A stretch of 64,000 nt of DNA from Opitutaceae bacterium (lineage in GTDB: Bacteria > Verrucomicrobiota > Verrucomicrobiia > Opitutales > Coraliomargaritaceae): the NCBI GenBank assembly GCA_051252375.1, contig JBPOFY010000004.1, positions 64,001 through 128,000 of the forward strand, given 5' to 3'. Both the position numbers and the translations under genes were made by a program. Of the stretch, positions 17,640 through 26,397 are shown one piece after another. The notes beneath the pieces were generated by a model. The model searched no databases and was not told the origin of the DNA. It saw nothing but the letters and a program-made list of their open reading frames with translations. Each line of letters starts with the position of its first letter. Positions within the stretch are counted from its first letter, which is position 1.

Positions 17640-19187
17640 CTACTTCCGCCCTGACTTATACTCCTTCAATAGTGCCGCCATCTGCTGCACGACTTCGGGG
17701 TAATCGTTGTAGAGGTTTTTCGTCTGGTTCATGTCGGCTTCGAGATCGTAGAGTTGCCCCTTCGGCGCACCTTTTTTGATTTTCCCTTTCACGATATCAC
17801 TATTCGGAGTGCCGACCAGTGTGGTGACAGCTGCACCGCCCCAAGCATGCTGATTGGGCTTCGAGCCTTTAAACCCACCATCACTCTGCGCGGGGATATA
17901 GATCCACTTGCCTTTACGAATCGCTGTATGTGAAGGCTTGTGCGGAGTAATAATCAACTCGGCTCGCAAGGGCTTATCCGGATCGCCAGTCAAGGCGGAG
18001 AGCATGTTAATGCTGTCCTTTTGCTCAGACTCTTCGAGTCCACGACCGCTGACTGCGGCAAAGGTTGCCAACATATCGGCATTGCTGAGTAGTTGATCGG
18101 AAACTGCGCCCGCCTCAATCTTACCGGGCCACCAGGCGATGAAAGGCACGCGATGCCCACCTTCCCAGATGCCAAACTTAGAGCCGAGTAAGTCGCCGTT
18201 AATTTTGTGACCCAACTCTGCCGCGCGGCGTCCACCGTGATTGAACATGCCACCATTATCACTGGTAAATATAATCAATGTGTTATCGAGCACACCCGCC
18301 TTTTCGAGGCTCTTGCGGACCTCGCCGACAATCCAGTCGAGCTCATGCGCAAAGTCACCGTAAGGACCTGCTTGGCTGCTGCCCTGAAACTGCTTCGCTG
18401 GCGTGAAGGGGTGATGCACATTGGTGGTCGCGAAATACAGGAAGAATGGTTTGCCGTTGCGGCTCTCAATCCAGCCAGTCGCCTTCTCAGTAAGCTTGGT
18501 GCCGACTTCATAATCGTTGAAGAGCTCATGCGCCTCCACCGCCCCACTGAATGCATTAGCCGAACGCTGAGCGGCTTCTTTAGGAATCGGTGTGATCGGA
18601 GTCGCACCCTTAACATTGCGACCGAGATAGACCAAGGGATCAGCCGGATCACTACCGACGATGCGGTCATTCTCCACATAAACGTAAGGTGGCGCACTAT
18701 TCACGACTGGCATGCCAAAGTAATAATCAAAACCGAGATCTTGCGGACCAGGGCTGAGCGGCTCCTGCCAGTCATTCTTACCTGACTTAAAGCCCAAGTG
18801 CCATTTGCCGAATGCCGCGGTATCATAACCTTGGCTTTTGAACACGTCCGCGATGGTCAGTGTCTCCGTGTCGATCAGCAACGGCGAAGTAATTGGCGCG
18901 GGACCCCAGATGCCTTTACCGCCATTGCCACGCAACGGATACTCCCCCGTCAACAAACCATAGCGCGAAGGCGTGCAAACTGCCGAAGATGAATGCGCAT
19001 CAGTGAAGCGTTTGCCCTCAGCAGCGAGTTGGTCGATATTGGGCGTTTGTAACTTCGTTGCACCGTAGCAACCCAGATCACCATAACCGAGGTCATCCGC
19101 AAAGATGAGGACGACATTCGGCTGTTTCGCAGTAAGAGTGGCGACTGCGAACAGGCCAAGTAAGATAGAGCTTATCGTTTTTTTCAT
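17640..19187 (-). CDS. S1 sulfatase (arylsulfatase A-like)
   Basis: QPNVVLIFADDLGYGD, CTPSRYGLLTG, GKWHLG, FTSDNG, EGGHRVP. Start ATG 19187. Confidence 0.95.
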   Translation of the reverse strand: MKKTISSILLGLFAVATLTAKQPNVVLIFADDLGYGDLGCYGATKLQTPNIDQLAAEGKRFTDAHSSSAVCTPSRYGLLTGEYPLRGNGGKGIWGPAPITSPLLIDTETLTIADVFKSQGYDTAAFGKWHLGFKSGKNDWQEPLSPGPQDLGFDYYFGMPVVNSAPPYVYVENDRIVGSDPADPLVYLGRNVKGATPITPIPKEAAQRSANAFSGAVEAHELFNDYEVGTKLTEKATGWIESRNGKPFFLYFATTNVHHPFTPAKQFQGSSQAGPYGDFAHELDWIVGEVRKSLEKAGVLDNTLIIFTSDNGGMFNHGGRRAAELGHKINGDLLGSKFGIWEGGHRVPFIAWWPGKIEAGAVSDQLLSNADMLATFAAVSGRGLEESEQKDSINMLSALTGDPDKPLRAELIITPHKPSHTAIRKGKWIYIPAQSDGGFKGSKPNQHAWGGAAVTTLVGTPNSDIVKGKIKKGAPKGQLYDLEADMNQTKNLYNDYPEVVQQMAALLKEYKSGRK

Positions 19188-19259
19188 AGTGTGTATCTTG
19201 CGTTTATTTTTCAGGCGCCACGGCATTATGTAATTCACTGTTGGAGTAATCGACCAGCG

Positions 19260-20930
19260 TTAATTCACAACGTAAGCGTCCCAAAAGCCTCGAACCGTGC
19301 TCAGACCTGCCGACTCATCTGCTAAATCGAAAATCCACATGGCTTCCACGGTGTCCGAAAAGTCGACGCCGCCATTGTTCAGAACTTTTCCCCAGTAAGA
19401 GGAACCATCGACGATCTCCTTGGCCAAGGTCCATAGCTCTCTTGAATGTGCATTGGGATTATTCGGACTAATTGCTTCCGGCAAATATTGAGTATCCGCA
19501 TTCTTGTAGTTGGGGGTCTTCGGACCACGGCTTGGTTTGGCGCCGTATTCATTGTTGCCATCATCAAGCTGCACGTAGGTCATGATCGAGGGGTTGTTGA
19601 TATAGTCCCAATCATTTTTGCCGTCACTAAAGGTCAGTCCTCCGAAGCCAGCAGTGTGCTTCTCATTCCAGGTGCTATGTTGGACGAGTATGACGTTCGT
19701 GGCGGTGTTAGTCACTCCATCCGCAATGAGTTTCTCGACCCAGTCTGCGGTCATATCGGATTGCCCCGCATCCATAACAAATACTCGTCCGCCAGCTTGT
19801 AGGATCGGCTTGGCTTTTTCTTTCACAACCTCCGAGGCGAAGTCCATCTGCGCAATGCGCTCCGGCGAGCGGACTACATGACCGTCTGCATTGGCTCCAT
19901 AGATGATGCGCTCGTGTGCATTCACCCAACGTGCCTGTGCGCGCTCCGCCGCCGTATCCGAAGGCAACGCTTCAGCGCCAAAGGCGAGGTTAAACAAGCG
20001 ACGCGAGTCGATATACTTGAATCGGCTGTTCTTCACTTGCACGCCATAGGCTCCGGCCACAGCAAAGTAGTTCACGCCCTCAAAATGTGGATGTGCTAAC
20101 AAACTACCGACTGCCGCTTGCGAGTGGATATCATCCGAATCGGGAAGACTATCGAACTGAGCGATGAAGAGATCTTTCTCTTTGTTGAAACGATTCAGAT
20201 CTCGGGACGCCTTAGGCTTTGGGCCCTTAGGCGCTAGGTCCTTAGGCTTCAAAGCTTCACGACTTTTTTCAATCGCAGAAGCCGGAACTTCTTTATGTCG
20301 AAACACCAGACGATCTACTTTGAAATACTGCGAGCGCCCCGAGATAACCAGCTTATAGGTCTCCCCTGCTTTGAAATCATAAATAGCAACCCGCTTGTTA
20401 TTGTGCCCTCCCGGGTCCAAGCGGTTGCCGGTGGCCCACTCAAATTTCTTATCCGCCCCACCGAAAAATTTAGTGTCTGCCTGAAGCATCGCCAACGGCG
20501 CATCTTTCTTATGCTGATCGCCGGCATTAGGCCCCGCGCCAAAATCGCCTTCAACTCGGACGTAGCAATCATTGGCAATGTCAGATCGCTTCTCACCCTT
20601 AATCTCCAAGACCTCCTTAGCGCAACGTAAGTGCAGGTAATAGAGCCCACCCTTGTTGATTTTGAATCGGTATTCTAAAGGAGATTTCGGACTACCGCTA
20701 ATCGGCGAGTTGCCGGTAAATTCTAAATAACCATCGCCACTGTAAGCATTGTTCAGCTCCGTGCGCTTCAGCTCCCACTGCCCGAGCCGCGAATCAGTGT
20801 CTTCGAGCTCGATAGATACTAGGCCATTCGTTTCCTCATGAACTGCGTGAGCGTTCAGAGCCGTAATACAAGATACTGCAGTGATGAATATGAGCTTTCT
20901 CAATTTGGGATATAGGAATGATGGGGTCAT
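19260..20930 (-). CDS. Secreted two-domain protein of unknown function (beta-sandwich-like N-domain; C-domain with an acidic DxxPDxDD motif)
   Basis: Long ORF inside the operon with a signal peptide after ATG 20930. The track extension to 21056 overlaps the upstream sulfatase. Confidence 0.75.
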   Translation of the reverse strand: MTPSFLYPKLRKLIFITAVSCITALNAHAVHEETNGLVSIELEDTDSRLGQWELKRTELNNAYSGDGYLEFTGNSPISGSPKSPLEYRFKINKGGLYYLHLRCAKEVLEIKGEKRSDIANDCYVRVEGDFGAGPNAGDQHKKDAPLAMLQADTKFFGGADKKFEWATGNRLDPGGHNNKRVAIYDFKAGETYKLVISGRSQYFKVDRLVFRHKEVPASAIEKSREALKPKDLAPKGPKPKASRDLNRFNKEKDLFIAQFDSLPDSDDIHSQAAVGSLLAHPHFEGVNYFAVAGAYGVQVKNSRFKYIDSRRLFNLAFGAEALPSDTAAERAQARWVNAHERIIYGANADGHVVRSPERIAQMDFASEVVKEKAKPILQAGGRVFVMDAGQSDMTADWVEKLIADGVTNTATNVILVQHSTWNEKHTAGFGGLTFSDGKNDWDYINNPSIMTYVQLDDGNNEYGAKPSRGPKTPNYKNADTQYLPEAISPNNPNAHSRELWTLAKEIVDGSSYWGKVLNNGGVDFSDTVEAMWIFDLADESAGLSTVRGFWDAYVVN

Positions 20931-20946
20931 TGTATCGTGGGTTATT

Positions 20947-22380
20947 TTATTTCTTTTTCTTCTTAGCCGAGCCTGCTGTGGCTGGACCATAATCAGCTTC
21001 ATTTGAAAGTGTTCGTCTTGCGGCTCCAAATGTCCGAGCGTTTGCACCGAAAACATCGTGATCCCCGACGTCTTTGCGAGCCAACTCTGCGAGCTTCATT
21101 AACTCCGCGACAATTTCCGGATGTTGGGCAGCCACATCAGTGCTTTCACCAATATCCATGTCCAAATTATAAAGGCGTGCGGACTCCATGCGAATCGCAT
21201 CAGTCTTCTTAATATGGTTTTTCCACTTAGTCGCGATACTTCCCTTCTCCGGCTCAGTGTGTGGCAGCATCAATTTCCATTTGCCGGAACGGACCGCGCG
21301 CAGGCAGTCGTGTTGATAGTAGAAATAGTTTCGGTCGAGCGTATCGATCTCGCCATGGATCAGCTCAGTAATGTCGACACCGTCGATCACACGATCTGTC
21401 GGCGCGGATGTCCCAGCGAGTTTAGCGAGCGTTGGCATCAAATCGATCGTGGCTGCGATGGCATCTGACTCAGTTCCCGCAGGCACTTTACCAGGGGCGC
21501 GGATAATGCAAGGCACACGCAGCCCTCCCTCCCAGCAACTGGTCTTCGCGCCACGCAATGGTTCAGCATGACCACCGTGGTCTTTCCGTATCCACCAAGG
21601 ACCGTTGTCGCTGGTAAAAATGATGTATGTGTTCTCATCGAGTCCGAGCTCACTGACTTTATCTAGGACACGACCCACATTGTAATCGAGTTCCTCAATC
21701 ACATCGCCGTAGAGACCACCCTCCGACTTGCCTTTGAAGTCAGCCGACGCAGCCAGCTTGGTGTGCGGCATCGTATGCGGAAGATAAACAAAGAATGGCC
21801 CTTCCTGATTAGCCTCAATAAAAGCCAGCGCCTCATCGGTATAGCGTCGGGTCAGCGTGGTCATGTCGGCCTGCTTATCGATCATCTCCGTGCCACGAAT
21901 GAGCGTCACGATACGGTCATTACTACTGGGCGTTCCGAAAAAGGTATCGAAGCCCTGATGCGTCGGCAACAACGCCTCCTTATAATGCGCTGGATTGTGC
22001 CCGGCTAAATCCCACTTGCCGAATGCTCCAGTCGCGTAGCCCTGCTCTTTCAGCACCTCGGCGATCGTGATTTCGTCCGTGTGTAACTCCGGATGAATCG
22101 AATTGGGGTCGTCCTGCCGCGCAAAACGTATCGGATAGCAACCCGTCATCAAGGCACCGCGTGATGGCCCGCAAACCGTCTGCGCGTAGAAGTTAGTGAA
22201 GCGCATTCCCTCCTCCGCCATGCGATCGATACGCGGCGTTTTAATATCTGGCGAGCCGTAGCAGCCTAAATCCTGATAGCCTTGGTCATCGGTGAAGATG
22301 ACAATGAAATTAGGTTTTGCCGCAAAAGCGCTGATGGGCAGCAATAAAGCTAGGAGCAGATATTTCATTCTAAGGGGCAT
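20947..22380 (-). CDS. S1 sulfatase
   Basis: KPNFIVIFTDDQGY, CGPSRGALMTG, GKWDL, FTSDNGP, EGGLRVP. Confidence 0.95.
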   Translation of the reverse strand: MPLRMKYLLLALLLPISAFAAKPNFIVIFTDDQGYQDLGCYGSPDIKTPRIDRMAEEGMRFTNFYAQTVCGPSRGALMTGCYPIRFARQDDPNSIHPELHTDEITIAEVLKEQGYATGAFGKWDLAGHNPAHYKEALLPTHQGFDTFFGTPSSNDRIVTLIRGTEMIDKQADMTTLTRRYTDEALAFIEANQEGPFFVYLPHTMPHTKLAASADFKGKSEGGLYGDVIEELDYNVGRVLDKVSELGLDENTYIIFTSDNGPWWIRKDHGGHAEPLRGAKTSCWEGGLRVPCIIRAPGKVPAGTESDAIAATIDLMPTLAKLAGTSAPTDRVIDGVDITELIHGEIDTLDRNYFYYQHDCLRAVRSGKWKLMLPHTEPEKGSIATKWKNHIKKTDAIRMESARLYNLDMDIGESTDVAAQHPEIVAELMKLAELARKDVGDHDVFGANARTFGAARRTLSNEADYGPATAGSAKKKKK

Positions 22381-22402
22381 GGGGTTGGTTCCTTCCAGTC
22401 TT

Positions 22403-23788
22403 TTACTTCATACTCAATGGCACTGGATTCTCAACAGAACCTGCGGGTCGTTCGTGGGTCGACATATCCTTTTCGAATCCCTGCATCGCAATCTTAAGCT
22501 GTTGAACGATCTCGGGGTGATTCGCCGCGACGTTCTTCTTCTCGCCAATATCATCGTCCAAATTATAGAGCGCCTCTTTGCCATCGACGATGCGCAACTT
22601 CCAAGACTTCCAGCGCGCACCTTCAAGAACACCCCAGTGAGCGTAGAAAAAATACTCGTGCGGGCTATCTGCGCCGCCGGCGATTGCAGGCATGATGTCT
22701 TTACCATCGATCACGAGATCGTCTGGAAGCTTCGCACCGCTGAGCTTTGCAAAGGTGGGCAGCACGTCCATCGCCGTGAGAATTTTGTCATTCTCGATAC
22801 CAGCAGGAATTCCTTTCGGCCAGCGGATCACGGTGGGCACGCGTTGACCGCCCTCCAAAGTGCTCCCCTTCTTGCCACTCAAAGGTTTGGCGGAACCTTT
22901 GCTGGGACCGTTATCGGCAGTGAAAAGCACGATGGTGTTTTCATCGATCCCCTCCTCCTTGAGAGTCTTTAAGATTTCACCGACCGACCAATCGATTTCA
23001 TAAATCGTGGTAGGGAAAATACCAGGTTTACCCGCGCCATTTGTTTTAAGCTGCTGGGCATATTCCTTTTTGATTTCAGGAGATGCCGCTAAGGGTCCGT
23101 GTGGCAATGGGTGCGCCACATAAAGGAAGAAGTTCTCGTCTTTGTTTCGTTTGATAAAGTCGACCGCACGCTCGGTGATACGCCGAGTCAGGAAGTCTGC
23201 ATTCGGCTCCATCTCGATGACGGTTTCACCTTCCAGCAATGGCAGTGGTGGAAAGTTAAAAAACTTCTGCCTCGGGTGCTTCGGGTGAATGTCATGACTG
23301 TAGGGAATTCCAAAGTATTCTTCAAAGCCCTGACGAGTCGGCAAAAACTCAGGCTGGTCGCCCAAGTGCCACTTGCCAAACATGGCCGTCTTGTAGCCTG
23401 CGGACTGCGCGACTTCGGCAATGGTCAACTCTTTGGGATTCAGCCCCCTTCCATCGCCCGCCAAACACACGGGGAATTTCTTACCCGCTGGAATGTGCTT
23501 CATCTTAATCTCGAGCGATGACGGCACATCCATATCAATCCGAGCCGGGTAGCAACCCGTCATCAGCGCCGCGCGTGAGGGCGTGCAGAGTGGAGCGGCC
23601 ACGTAGAAACTAGTCAGACGTGCGCCTTCCTTTGCCATCTGATCGATGTTCGGCGTATAGACATGCTTGCCACCGAAGCAGCTCAGGTCGGCATAGCCTT
23701 GGTCATCAGTGAAGATGATGATAAAATTGGGTTTGGCTGCCGACAGACACAGTGGCAACAAGAGTAACGCTAATGTAATGTATTTCAT
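22403..23788 (-). CDS. S1 sulfatase
   Basis: KPNFIIIFTDDQGY, CTPSRAALMTG, GKWHLG, FTADNGP, EGGQRVP. Confidence 0.95.
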   Translation of the reverse strand: MKYITLALLLLPLCLSAAKPNFIIIFTDDQGYADLSCFGGKHVYTPNIDQMAKEGARLTSFYVAAPLCTPSRAALMTGCYPARIDMDVPSSLEIKMKHIPAGKKFPVCLAGDGRGLNPKELTIAEVAQSAGYKTAMFGKWHLGDQPEFLPTRQGFEEYFGIPYSHDIHPKHPRQKFFNFPPLPLLEGETVIEMEPNADFLTRRITERAVDFIKRNKDENFFLYVAHPLPHGPLAASPEIKKEYAQQLKTNGAGKPGIFPTTIYEIDWSVGEILKTLKEEGIDENTIVLFTADNGPSKGSAKPLSGKKGSTLEGGQRVPTVIRWPKGIPAGIENDKILTAMDVLPTFAKLSGAKLPDDLVIDGKDIMPAIAGGADSPHEYFFYAHWGVLEGARWKSWKLRIVDGKEALYNLDDDIGEKKNVAANHPEIVQQLKIAMQGFEKDMSTHERPAGSVENPVPLSMK

Positions 23789-23801
23789 TTTCCTTTATAG
23801 A

Positions 23802-25328
23802 TTATTTGTTTCCCTTGCCTGCCTTAACACCGATTTTAACCGATATATCATTGGGCTGTTTCGCTCCTGGCGTGCTACGACCAGTCGCCGCGTATTGTTG
23901 GAGTAACTTGGTCAAGCGTTCGACGACTTCTGGGTTGGACTGAGCGAGGTTGTTGGTTTCTCCAAGATCTTGCTTCAAGTTATATAGCTGAGGGGAAGAT
24001 TTATCGCCATTCTCATCAATCCCAGATCCCCCACTACCGGAGCATAGGGCTAGTTTCCAGTCGCCCTGCCTGATCGCAAACGCACCCTTAAATGAATGGT
24101 GCACCACCGCTTCTCGAAGTGGTGCGGTGTCCGTGCCCAATATGGCAGGCAGGATACTGACACTGTCTTCTGCTTCGGTGTCAGGCAATTCCGCGCCGAG
24201 CATCTCCGCGCAGGTAGCCATCAAATCAGTTAAGCATGTGAGCTGAGCACTCTCACTCCCAGCTTTCACCTTAGCAGGCCAGCGCACGATGAACGGCACT
24301 CGGTGACCGCCTTCCCAAATTTGCGTTTTGTAGCCGCGAAACTGCGCACTTGGAAAGTGCCCAATCGCTTCCATTTCTTTCACCCCGACATAGGGTGCAC
24401 AGCCATTGTCGCTCGTCACGATGATCATCGTATTCTCAGCCAAACCATTGGCGTCGACCGCCTTCATCACTTCGCCCACGGCCCAATCCGTTTGCATCAC
24501 GAAATCACCATACGCTCCCATGCCGCTCTTCCCTTGCCATTCCTTAGAAGGCACCACCGGCGTGTGAGGTGAAGGTAAGGCCAAATAAATAAAGAATGGC
24601 TTTTCCTCTGCCGCGCGCTGACCGATATACTCGACGGTCTTCTCAGCCAGATCTGGCAGCACATTCACCGCATCAAAATCAGGTGCCGAAGGTCCCATTC
24701 GAGCGGGCCCTTTGGTCTTCACTTTCCCGTAGCTGAACGAAGGAAAACTCTTCTTCTCGCTGGGAACTTGCGTGAATCGATCATTCTCGATGTAGGCATA
24801 GGGTGGCATATCCAATGAAGCAGAAATACCAAAGTAATAGTCGAACCCGTGTTGCAGAGGACCGTCAGTCACTGGCTGGGTGTAATCTTTCGAGTTGAAT
24901 TTCATACCCAGGTGCCATTTGCCGATGGCGGCAGTCGTGTAACCATTTTGCTGAAGTAATTCCGCCACAGTCAGACGCTTTTGCGCAATCATCGGCGCAC
25001 TCATCCCACTTAAGACACCTTTCGCTTTCTTTCGCCAAGCATAGCGACCAGTAAGAATGCCATAACGCGTCGGTGTGCAAACTGATGAATTACTATGGCA
25101 ATCGCTAAAAGCCATCCCCTCAGCCCGTAAACGATCCATATACGGCGTCGCTATCTTGCCTCGCTCAGAATTGAGACTCTGGACATCACCGTAACCAAGA
25201 TCATCGGCTAGGATATAAATAATGTTCGGCCTACCCTGAGCTTGTCGAAGTGGCTCCTCCTCATTCGCCCAAGTCACAAGGCTCGAGGCAAGTAATAGGA
25301 TAAAAAGAGTCGTATTTTTTATATGCAT
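23802..25328 (-). CDS. S1 sulfatase (arylsulfatase-like)
   Basis: RPNIIYILADDLGYGD, CTPTRYGILTG, GKWHLG, TSDNG, EGGHRVP. Confidence 0.95.
   Translation of the reverse strand: MHIKNTTLFILLLASSLVTWANEEEPLRQAQGRPNIIYILADDLGYGDVQSLNSERGKIATPYMDRLRAEGMAFSDCHSNSSVCTPTRYGILTGRYAWRKKAKGVLSGMSAPMIAQKRLTVAELLQQNGYTTAAIGKWHLGMKFNSKDYTQPVTDGPLQHGFDYYFGISASLDMPPYAYIENDRFTQVPSEKKSFPSFSYGKVKTKGPARMGPSAPDFDAVNVLPDLAEKTVEYIGQRAAEEKPFFIYLALPSPHTPVVPSKEWQGKSGMGAYGDFVMQTDWAVGEVMKAVDANGLAENTMIIVTSDNGCAPYVGVKEMEAIGHFPSAQFRGYKTQIWEGGHRVPFIVRWPAKVKAGSESAQLTCLTDLMATCAEMLGAELPDTEAEDSVSILPAILGTDTAPLREAVVHHSFKGAFAIRQGDWKLALCSGSGGSGIDENGDKSSPQLYNLKQDLGETNNLAQSNPEVVERLTKLLQQYAATGRSTPGAKQPNDISVKIGVKAGKGNK
25228..25253 (-). 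repeat. REP-like element (CTTCGACAAGCTCAGGG type) inside the sulfatase coding sequence
   Basis: Minus strand CCACTTCGACAAGCTCAGGGTAGGCC, translated as PLRQAQGRP between the signal peptide and the catalytic domain. Confidence 0.6.
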
Positions 25329-25480
25329 TGGATTGGGGAAAGAACACTGCTATTTGCGGCGGGGTATCATCATCTAATTCTTAACTATCAGCAGTATACC
25401 TTAATAAGTTTCGACGCGCTATCACTGATATACGGTATACAGAACCAATGATGCGAATACTCGTCCATCCCCCGAGGAAA

Positions 25481-26392
25481 TCATTTACGCTTTTTCATCC
25501 AATTAGGCTGATTCAAATTGCCGGGGTAAGAACTGGCTGGCTGATCACTGCCTTGCTGATCCCAATCGCCTAGCTCCGCGCGGGTTTCTGCCGCAAACTT
25601 CTGTAGCGCCTCAGTATACTCTGGATTCTCCTTTGTGACATCACGCGCTTCCGCGACATCATCGGAAAGATTATAGAGAACGAGGTGATCCAGTAAGATA
25701 TTTGGCTTCGACCCAGCCACTTTGCTAACGCTGCTTTTCTTTTCTAATACAGGTGCGACTGTTTTAGCGATCACGCCCGCACCATCCGCATTAGGATGTA
25801 TACCATCTGGAAATAGTTCCTCTCTCGCGCTTAATGCTGTGTATAAATCGATGACTTCGACGCCTGCTTGACGCGCCACCTCTGTCACCAAAGGCATGAC
25901 ATCGTTCACCAGAACAGCATTCGTCATCCCTTTATGCTCAGCGTATATGGGAGCCGAATAGCAGATCCAGACTTTAGGTTTACTTTCTAGGTTTTGAAAC
26001 GTGTGAATCAAATCCACGTAATCGGCAACAAACTCCGACTTATGTTTTCCAATGTTTTGAGGTCTGGTATCGTTCGTGCCCAACTTGATGATCACGACAT
26101 CCGGCATAAACTTCTGCGCAGCCTTAAATTGCGGTGCTTTCCAATAAGGCGCGTGTCCCTTTTTTAATACCGTTGCACCATTTTTACCGAAGTTACCGAC
26201 GAGCCACTGGTCACCTAACAAGCCCTGAAGCTGCGCGGGATAGCTCTGCTGATCCCGCTTATCGATACCAAAGCCATAAGTGATGCTGTCGCCGACACAG
26301 GCAACGCGTATCGGATCACCCGCATGGACATCCGCGCAGCAGGCCAGCAGCAATAGGCTGGCTTGGAAGATTTTTTTCAAAGACCAATGCAT
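25481..26392 (-). CDS. SGNH/GDSL acetylesterase fused to a residual (internally deleted) sulfatase
   Basis: VACVGDSITYG, NFGKNGAT, KLGTND, DGIHP. Followed by KPNIL joined directly to a sulfatase C-terminal tail (LYNLSDDVAE...NPE...RAELGD...GSD). Confidence 0.85.
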   Translation of the reverse strand: MHWSLKKIFQASLLLLACCADVHAGDPIRVACVGDSITYGFGIDKRDQQSYPAQLQGLLGDQWLVGNFGKNGATVLKKGHAPYWKAPQFKAAQKFMPDVVIIKLGTNDTRPQNIGKHKSEFVADYVDLIHTFQNLESKPKVWICYSAPIYAEHKGMTNAVLVNDVMPLVTEVARQAGVEVIDLYTALSAREELFPDGIHPNADGAGVIAKTVAPVLEKKSSVSKVAGSKPNILLDHLVLYNLSDDVAEARDVTKENPEYTEALQKFAAETRAELGDWDQQGSDQPASSYPGNLNQPNWMKKRK

Positions 26393-26397
26393 AATTT

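Noticed and set aside
20931..21056. N-terminal extension of ORF 19260-21056 overlapping the upstream sulfatase
   Set aside because: The signal peptide begins at ATG 20930; the extension is incidental.
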